From Kipferlia bialata (taxonomy: Eukaryota): 39,550 bases of DNA. The stretch covers positions 1 to 39,550 of the forward strand of contig BDIP01000037.1 of assembly GCA_003568945.1 (NCBI GenBank), written 5' to 3'. Below the pieces are notes generated by a model. That model was not told where the DNA came from, did not search any database, and saw only the letters and a list, made by a program, of their open reading frames with translations. Below, one piece after another: positions 26,001 to 34,840 of this stretch (position 1 is the first letter of the stretch; each line of letters starts with the position of its first letter). The translations under genes and the position numbers were made by a program.

Positions 26001-26755
26001 TTCTTCTGCGCCTGTCTAGTCTCCAGAGCCCTCCCATGCCGTCCTCGTCACTGTCCTTCTGCCTCTCCTTCTCGAGCTTCCTCTCTCTCTCCCTGTCCCT
26101 CTCCTGATCGGATGTCTTTCTGGCACTGAAGTACCACTCATCTGTCGGGTGAGTGGTACTGTATATGTGGCAGTATACACATAGATACACATTACACCCT
26201 GTACTCAGCAACAGTATCCGTACCGAGGTTGATGGCTGCGAGGTTACACCCTGCCACCGTCGCCATCCCCACCAGCAGTCTGGCTATGGCTAGGGGCACC
26301 CTGTTGGATATGTTGACCATGGAGCACAGAAGCTGGGGTCAGACGGATACGGAAGAGAGGGGGGGGGGGGGGCACTAGAAGAATAAATGAAGCCAGCGGG
26401 TGGGGCCCTTTCGACTGCACCCACCTGGAATGGGGACACCAGGACATAGAGGAGTAGAGCAGGGGCAGTGGCAAACACGTGGCCTGCCTGTCTGGTGTAA
26501 GGGTCTAGTCGCGTGCCCAAATGACACAACAGAGATATATGTGTAACCATATGTCTAGAAGAGTGTTATCTTAGTTAGTGCGGAAAGCCACCTGATGCCC
26601 TGGAATGCTATGTCTAGATATGTCAATGTATGCCTATGTATGTATAAGTATGTGAAAGCACACCCCGCACCTGATGCCCTGGAATGCTATGTCTCTGACC
26701 AGGATGTCGTATAGGAACTCGTGGGTGGAGGTCTCTTCCTCTGAAGTCAGACAGA

Positions 26756-26794
<39 letters not shown>

Positions 26795-27841
26795 CCACCT
26801 GCCATGAACCCCATCCTGGTGGCACAGTACAGCATGACCAGACCCAGGGGGACACTGGCCAGGAAGTACGGGTCCTTCATGTACCTGGGGGTGGGGTATG
26901 ATAGGGGTTGAGCAGTGCAAGGGTGTATAATGTCCATCTCCATACCTCTTCACGGCCTCATAGAGCGTGTTGCTCTTCAGTAGGTCCTTGACCTATGGTA
27001 AGGAGAAGTCAGGGGTAGCAGCTACAGGTGTCGACAGGTATAGATCCAACTGACACTGGACACACCTTGATGGCGGGTATCTGCTTGTCAGTCCACCTCG
27101 GGTAGTCCCCCTCCCCCTCACCCTCAGGGGCGGTCTTGACCAGATAGATCATGGCCGTGTCCTGGCAATGAGACACACATACACACACAGTGGCATAACT
27201 AAGCAATACAGGATACCAACCCAGAAGAAACCCACAGACACGTCTACATCAACCTATACACATAAACAATACCTCTGAGAAGTTGACGCTGGACTGTTCG
27301 GGTACAAAGGACCTAGGGAACTTGAGGTCGACTTGGTAGAAGCTAGAGATCAGAATGGGTCTAGGTGCAATAGATACACAATTACCATCTGCCAACACAT
27401 CCTATCGTATCCAACCACCTACGGTGCCCCACCTGAATATGCTCCCCCCTATGGACCCCTGCTTGGCCCCACAGGCATGGCAGCACAGGTACAGAGAGAT
27501 CTGGGGTGAGGCCTGACAACGACCATTGCCATACCCTATCCTATAGCATTATATCCCGTACCTTTCTGTCGTTGACTATCTGTGCCTGACAGGCATAGTC
27601 AGCCAGACCCAGAGGGACAGTCAGGGTGTAGTACACCTGGGGTGGGGGGGAGCCGCCAGTATAGATTGCATATATTAGAGGATATATTGGAGTATCAGCA
27701 TTGCAAGGGGTATCATGGTCATACCTGACACGATCTAAAACTATAGGGCTATTGACTGTACCCACCTTAGACCCGTCGTCCAGGATGTTTTGTTCAAAGG
27801 CAGAGTGGATAACAGGCTCATCCTGATAGATGATGGAGCCT
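23043..27841 (-). CDS. Divergent ALG12-like (GT22, Glyco_transf_22) mannosyltransferase preceded in frame by a CS/p23-like domain; 5' end lies in or beyond the N gap
   Basis: Spliced segments follow remembered ALG12 motifs in order: AEEETSTHEFLYDIL (KVEESFNLQATHDLL), APALLLYVLVSP..IARLLVG (GPVVIAVFSSP..IVRGVLG), LAYTATRL (LMFYCTRT), VLDTVAFG (VDSYFW), LDDSLEAMGVSPW (HIDVAAAQTGVSRF). Upstream exons give YQVDLKFPRSFVPEQSSVNFSEDTAMIYLVK..W, which is CS-like. Stop at 23043-23045. Confidence 0.65.
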
Positions 27842-27899
27842 AGGGTGAGGGAGGAAGGGGGGGGGGGATAGAGACAGTATCCCACTCCACCATGCACAC

Positions 27900-28755
27900 N
27901 NNNNNNNNNNNNNNNNNNNNNNNNNNNNNNNNNNNNNNNNNNNNNNNNNNNNNNNNNNNNNNNNNNNNNNNNNNNNNNNNNNNNNNNNNNNNNNNNNNNN
28001 NNNNNNNNNNNNNNNNNNNNNNNNNNNNNNNNNNNNNNNNNNNNNNNNNNNNNNNNNNNNNNNNNNNNNNNNNNNNNNNNNNNNNNNNNNNNNNNNNNNN
28101 NNNNNNNNNNNNNNNNNNNNNNNNNNNNNNNNNNNNNNNNNNNNNNNNNNNNNNNNNNNNNNNNNNNNNNNNNNNNNNNNNNNNNNNNNNNNNNNNNNNN
28201 NNNNNNNNNNNNNNNNNNNNNNNNNNNNNNNNNNNNNNNNNNNNNNNNNNNNNNNNNNNNNNNNNNNNNNNNNNNNNNNNNNNNNNNNNNNNNNNNNNNN
28301 NNNNNNNNNNNNNNNNNNNNNNNNNNNNNNNNNNNNNNNNNNNNNNNNNNNNNNNNNNNNNNNNNNNNNNNNNNNNNNNNNNNNNNNNNNNNNNNNNNNN
28401 NNNNNNNNNNNNNNNNNNNNNNNNNNNNNNNNNNNNNNNNNNNNNNNNNNNNNNNNNNNNNNNNNNNNNNNNNNNNNNNNNNNNNNNNNNNNNNNNNNNN
28501 NNNNNNNNNNNNNNNNNNNNNNNNNNNNNNNNNNNNNNNNNNNNNNNNNNNNNNNNNNNNNNNNNNNNNNNNNNNNNNNNNNNNNNNNNNNNNNNNNNNN
28601 NNNNNNNNNNNNNNNNNNNNNNNNNNNNNNNNNNNNNNNNNNNNNNNNNNNNNNNNNNNNNNNNNNNNNNNNNNNNNNNNNNNNNNNNNNNNNNNNNNNN
28701 NNNNNNNNNNNNNNNNNNNNNNNNNNNNNNNNNNNNNNNNNNNNNNNNNNNNNNN
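27900..28755. other. Assembly gap (N run)
   Basis: 856 N bases, with poly-G and poly-C tracts nearby. Confidence 1.
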
Positions 28756-29168
28756 TCTGTCACCCCAACCCCCCCCCCCCCCCCCCCCCCCATGTTCCGA
28801 GTCACCGTTCAGTCTCTGAAACAATATTCATATCTCACCATCAGAGTACGGGTGCACCCACAGGGGGACGGCGAAAGAGGGCCAAGGTGGGACTATATAT
28901 TCATTGTGACACATTATCTATTCCCTCGTCTGTCAGTGTGTATATGCCATATGCACTCTACGGAGTCCGCCAACCCTTCCTTCAATAGTAACCCGATCAT
29001 ATTTATCAAGCTTGTAACAGTCATCACACTCTAAATGCAACACGGTAAGTCTAGTTCCATATTGTATGTAGTATATATACCTCCTCACCGCAGGCCACCC
29101 ACGCCCTTGAGGAGCCCCTGCTGTCTGAGAAGCCTGTCTCTGCCCAGGAGCTGAGGGAGGCAGTGCCC

Positions 29169-31573
29169 ATGGAGATGGTGGTGCAGTACGTGGAGTGTGT
29201 ATATGTATATGTATTAGTATTCAAATGGTTGTGCAGTACGTGTAGTGTGTGTATCTAACTGTGTGTGTCACTACACCTTCCTGCCTCCTCCCTACCTCAC
29301 CCCCAGCAACGTGATCGTGTCCTTCTCCACGGGTGTCAACATAGACCTCAAGCAGGTGGGGTAGGGAGAGAGAGCTCTTTGCATATATTTCGTACTATGT
29401 ACCTATCCACTCCTCACTCCCAGATTGCCCTGTCCGTCAGACATGCCGAGTACAACCCAGGTGGGGATGGCTCATTGTGTAGATATATATCGAATCAGAA
29501 CATAAGGAATGGGTATAGTGTGTCTCTTTATGTGTGCAGTGTCTTCTATGGCTGATGTCGGGTGCAAGACTAGAGGAAGAGGGGGAAAGTGAGCTTCACC
29601 ATAAACGCGCTCCCCCCACCTAACCCCCAGGCAAGATTGCCTCTGTGACTGTGCGTCTATTCCCAGACTCCATCAGGTGGGATGGTTATATGTTTGTTAT
29701 GTGTTTATGTATACGTATATGTGTGTGTGTATGTAGTATGTATGAGTGTGTGTTTCTAACCAGTTCTCATCGTACTTCATAGAGACTTATGTATTCATTG
29801 TATCTGACACCAGGCAAAGGGAGGAAGATAGGGTTAGAGAGGAAGAGGAGAGAGCAGAGAGAGAGAGAGCCGCCATTGAGGCAGCGGAGGCGGCAGATGC
29901 TGAGGCTGAGGCAGATGCTGAGGCAGAGGCAGAGGCAGAGGCAGAGGGTGAGGCAGAGGCAGAGGTAGAGGTAGAGACAGAGGGAGAGGGAGAGGGGAGT
30001 GAGGCAGACAGTGTGGTAGAAGTGTCGAGTGAGAGTGAGTTTGAGGTGCCAGAACTCCCAGAAGGTATGAGGATGTATAAGTATATATTTATATTTGAGA
30101 TCATATTCTAGTGGGTGTTTTGTTCGTAGTGTGTATCTATCTCCCTCTCACCCCTTAGACGGTGTCCCTGTCCCCTCCAAGAGAGTGACCAGGGTATCTA
30201 AGAAGGGCAAGAAGGGTAAGAAGGGGTCTAAGAAGAAGACAAAGGGCAAGGGCAAGGCCAGACCTCAGCGGAGGGTGGTCCCAGTGTCAGCATCCATATC
30301 GGCATTCGGAAAGGTATGGTTGCACAGTCTGTCTACTGTCTACTGTCTACTATCCCTTCCTCCCCTTGTCTCCCCTGATATTACTCCTCACCCCCCAGGT
30401 CATTGTCAGAGGTGCCACCACTGTGAAGTCATCTGTCAATGCAGCCAAGTCGGTGGTCGGGATCCTGAGGTACAGTGCTTGTATTCAATACAGCTAGACC
30501 CATATCAACCACATACCCTACCCATCCACTGATGATCCCAGGGCCCTTGGGTACAACGCCACCATCTCCCAGTTTGGGGTCAGGAACACCCTAGCCAGGT
30601 ATAGATTGGTGGGCTCTGTCTCCCGAAGTATTTCAACCTCATGTCGAGCGTGACACCAACCCACACATGTATCCCTATGCCTCTGGTAACCCACTCTCTG
30701 CCGCATACACCTCATCCGTATTCACCTGTATCTCACCCCAGTGCCAATGTCGGCTTCCCTGTCAACCTCGTCACCCTCGCTGAGGGGTCTCCCAACGCGA
30801 GATACGAGCCTGAGCTCTTTGCCGGCCTGCAGTACCGCATCCCATCGTCCCTAGTCCCGGGGTCCAGGCCCAACTCTAGGACGGTCGTGACAGTGTTCAG
30901 TAACGGAAAGTGCATAATCGCGGGAGCAGTTGATCAGAACGAGATCACAGGTGGGTCCCGTGTATTCACTTCAGTATAAACCTCCCTCGTCTCTCTCTCT
31001 GTGCCTCGTGTTCCTCATCTGACTCCGCAGGTGCCATGTGTGTTCTGTACCCTAGGCTACTGTCAGCCAGGATTGCTGGCAGCGGCATATCAGTGTCATC
31101 CTCCTTTGCCCAGTTCACAGCATCAAAGGTGTATAACTCGACTCTTTGTCTCTCTTCCTTTCTACCAGTCTCTACCTGTCTATCCCTAACCCTTAGGCTG
31201 CCCCCTCTGTTGCCCATGACCTGCCCCCCCAGAACGAGCCAGTGCCACGGTCGACACCAGGGTATGCCCATATATCTCAGTACTCTACTACAGAGCCTCT
31301 CGATCCCAGTGTTCCCCTCTACCTCACCCTCCAGTGCCCCATCCGACGGCATGGCTGGTCCCCCAGGGCCCAACGACATACACACCCAGGTGGGTGGTGT
31401 CCAGTACAGTGCTGACTATGCCTATCCCTATATGTGTATATATATGTATATATTACGTAAAGAGAAATATACCTACAAATCCATGCCCTCACCCCCAGCC
31501 CCTGGAGGATGACCCCGACAGGATGGTCGGTGGGGGGGATGACGACCTCGACGACCTCGACGACTTCTTCTGA
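29169..31573 (+). CDS. TBP: TATA-box binding protein, divergent, with a large internal charged insertion and an acidic C-terminal tail (start uncertain)
   Basis: Spliced product: MEMVVHNVIVSFSTGVNIDLKQIALSVRHAEYNPGKIASVTVRL..[insert]..SASISAFGKVIVRGA..ILRALGYNATISQFGVRNTLASANVGFPVNLVTLAEGSPNARYEPELFAGLQYRI..VVTVFSNGKCIIAGA..LYPRL. Both TBP repeats are recognisable. Ends DDDLDDLDDFF* at 31573. Confidence 0.92.
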
Positions 31574-32224
31574 GGGGTATTGCTTCTTTAGTACAATAGA
31601 GTGTCGTTCCTTTTCCCTTGCATCTTCTGGTCGGTGAAGGCTACTATGATGACTTCTTCTATGAGTAGTCAAGTTGGCTGCCAACACAGTGCAATAGAGA
31701 GAATCTTTCTAGCATACACGGAGGTTACTGGCTATAACTCAAATATAGTGGCCGTTTTCGTTAAAGACTAATGGTATCCCCCCACGCTAGACAGCACAAA
31801 AGTGCTAATACACTGGCCCAGTGACTGGGACGCCTAATCCATTGATGCGATGCTTTTCACTCATTATTGTATGATAAAATGTATCACAAGTATAGGTAAT
31901 ATAGCCATTCGATATGAGGGGGAGTTCATGTGAGCGGGGTGAGATGTGGGCATAGCATCGATCTCGACGAGCCATCCGCCATCATAGTGCACAATGGATC
32001 GGGAGCGTGACAGTAAAGGACTGCTGATGGTAACATAGCTTCTGTGAATGACCAGTGGGAAGTTCACACTGGGAATTGTACAGGAGAACAATCTCTACAA
32101 CTCTCTTCCTATATACCTATATACCTATATAGTATACGTGACGTATTACGTGAGTCTGGATTTGCATAGTCTGCATAGCCTGTAAGGCGGGCCGATATTC
32201 AGAACAGAGGTGTGCTTGTCTATG

Positions 32225-32336
32225 TAGACTCCACAACGTAGAGTCTAGCCAGACTCTGGCTGAGAGAGGATATTGTCCTCTCATCAGTCCTAGTCTAGGG
32301 CGTAGAGTCTACGCCGTAGACTACGGTTCCCGAACC
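32225..32336. repeat. Chain of seven abutting short inverted repeats
   Basis: TAGACTC-n9-GAGTCTA, AGCCAGA-C-TCTGGCT, GAGAGGA-n5-TCCTCTC, CCTAG-T-CTAGG, GGCGTAGA-G-TCTACGCC, CCGTAG-A-CTACGG, GGTTC-CC-GAACC. Confidence 0.85.
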
Positions 32337-32565
32337 GAACCATCTCGTTGACAATTCTTCTGTACGAGGAAGAATCATCATACAGGTTGCGTCTAGAGTA
32401 TGTCTCCGATGTTTGATCGAACCTCTTGGTATAATAACAGTTCTCAACCCACTCTCAACATTACTCTCAATTCCAAGTTCCATTGTGTTCTATGTCTAGC
32501 TTGCAAGCGGCGCCCAACTGGATATATCTATGTATGTGGCAGGGGCGAGTACTTGGACCAAAGTG

Positions 32566-32675
32566 GGGATCCGGAGAGCTCCACATCACCCCCTCGGTCT
32601 AGAGGCCCTTAACACCGTGTGTACAGTGTCAAGGGCCTCCAGAACGAGAGGATCATGGGGACCTCTCCGGTTCCC
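32566..32675 (-). ncRNA. Long imperfect hairpin (pre-miRNA-like or structured 3' element); function unknown
   Basis: Ungapped dyad (i+j=65241) of 53 positions around a 4-nt loop: 43 Watson-Crick pairs, 5 A.C on the + strand that become G.U on the - strand, and 5 mismatches. Looser pairing extends to about 32542/32701. Confidence 0.5.
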
Positions 32676-32852
32676 TCAGTCTGCTCCTGGTACTCAACCC
32701 CACCCCAGTCGGGTTACCCTCTGGCGTCTCGGGTGACCTTGGTCTGGGGATCACCTCCTGAGAGTATCAGTACGGTGGAGACAAAACGGGTAGGGTGGAA
32801 ACACTGTATCAGAGAAACTATTCAAACGCAAGCGTACAAAGTCGACTCCTCT

Positions 32853-34217
32853 CTACCACATTGCAATAGCATACCTATCAGGGAGTGGCTCCGAGTGTGA
32901 CCTTGCCATTGAGTGTATCTGACAGTACACATCGGCAACCTCAATTCCGCTCCTGATATCTCTCTTAGGCTCAACCGGGGCTGTGCACCGTGGGGGGATG
33001 GCTGTACCCTGGGGAACAGGAGTGGACCCACGGCACCAAGAGTGGTTACATGCTGAAAGAAGAGGGGAGGCTGACAAAACACAAGGAAGAGAGAGACACA
33101 AATACACCTTGGGTCTCGTCTGACTGATACTCACAGCCTAGAGAGTCGGACACCTCAGAGCCTTCGTCCAGCCACTCCTCAGAGACAGGGCCAGAGCGCA
33201 TGGGCTGAGCAGCCACGGCTCTCTCTCTCTCTCTGACCATCTCTGTGATCATGTCTCCCACTCTCTCTATCTCTGTTCTTACCATGCAGAGGGCGGCACG
33301 GCAGGCTGCCTTCTCGCCACCATCCTGCAGGACAGCGCCTGAGGGTGAGGGACATAACGACACAGTAGAGACTACAAATACACTGGTATCCAGAGGTGTG
33401 TACCTAGTATGGCCCTGGCTGCATCTGCCTTGATAGTGTCTGTCACCACACAGCCATAGCTGACACTGATCAGTCCACTGAGACGGGTATGGTCCATGAA
33501 GGTGGAGAGGACAGTGTTGCTGATGCAATCCATCTTGCAAGTGTTCATGAAGCCAGGTTCCCCCTCAGGGTATGTCTGGACATGAGTACACAGCAAATGA
33601 GTAGATATCAGCATACGAGTAGAATCCAGTGACAGACCCCCAGCCTTGATACTAACTGTACAGACCAGACTCTTGAATTGTATACTCAATACACTGGCCT
33701 AGAAATAGAACTAGAAGTTGCGGGATACTTCTCTACGTGACTGCATACAGAAGAAGAAATCTCTGCAAGAATACAATACATAAAAGCTGATACTTGCGCA
33801 ATGTGTCTTATAGTATATAATTACTTTCATGAATAATGGTATAATATGTATATCCTACCTCGAGTAGATGCTGAGACACAGCAAGACACAACACGTCATT
33901 ACCAACGTACTGAAGCCTCTCATTTGTCATCTGCCGGTGGACAACATCAGCTACCTGAGATTGGAGGGTGACTACTTGTATAGGCCCCATAAATACATAG
34001 GGGGATGTTGGGATAGAGAGACTGAAGACCTGTTCACTATCAACACTGCTCAATACAACAGATACATAACGTAGCACCGAATATATTCATACCGTACCTG
34101 GCTGCTGACACTGGATGTGTGCCGTAGAGCGGCAGAGAGAAAGGAGTCCCCTCTGAAGGTATATCCAAGCACTTTGGTTACAGCTGCCTTAATCTCCTCC
34201 CTGCTTTTGGATATCAT
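32853..34217 (-). CDS. Bacterial-type RNase III domain protein with degenerate catalytic residues and no recognisable dsRBD (3' end uncertain)
   Basis: Exons 34217-34098, 33954-33859, 33575-33404 and 33338-~33108 splice to MISKSREEIKAAVTKVLGYTFRGDSFLSAALRHTS..NERLQYVGNDVLCLAVSQHLLETYPEGEPGFMNTCKMDCISNTVLS..IKADAARAILGAVLQDGG. This follows the LGYxF..ALxHxS..NERLEFLGD..ADxxEAxxGAxxxDxG pattern. Confidence 0.85.
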
Positions 34218-34552
34218 GGGCCTGTAGTGAGACACAGCAGTAACCACTTTATACAATCAGCAGGTAAACGTACATTTCTCTCGGTGCAGAGCGGCTGAAG
34301 AGAGTGGAGTGTCTTGGTCTCTAGTCACAAGTCTAGTGAGAGGGTCTTTTTGCGAAAAGGGTTGGTGAAGGCTTGGACCCAGGTGAGTCATCTGGTGGAC
34401 TCTTCAGGTCATTGCTACTGCCTCTGTAAGTGTATCTCGTGTTTGGTGGCGGCTCAGAGACTTGCTGCACTCCAGTCGCACAGGGGTAGAGACTGCGGTG
34501 GATAGACAGCGGGTGGCCCCCTCTAGAGTGTAGGGTGTAGGGTGTGTCAGTG

Positions 34553-34794
34553 ATGGAGAGTGACTATGCGGACAGACTGAGTGTGGAGGACCACTACCTG
34601 TGGTACCAGATGATGGAGAGGGAGCCAGAGTATGTGGACTGGATGCCAATGCCGGGTGAGTGGGTGTGTGTCCACATTTGATACCGAGTGTACTCATCTG
34701 GTGTCTCTAGTCTCTCTTATCCCCCTTACCACAGTGATGGTTGCATCCTGGAACGTCAACAACAAGAAGCCCCCTGCCACTGGTCTCAGGTATG

Positions 34795-34840
<46 letters not shown>

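Noticed and set aside
27541..29034. Long ORFs (321-427 aa) spanning the N run
   Set aside because: Artefacts of translating the assembly gap as X.
31600..32220. Hidden protein-coding gene, tRNA or snRNA in the TBP-RNase III interval
   Set aside because: Only short ORFs without motifs and a few small stems; no cloverleaf or recognisable snRNA sequence by eye. An Rfam scan would be needed.
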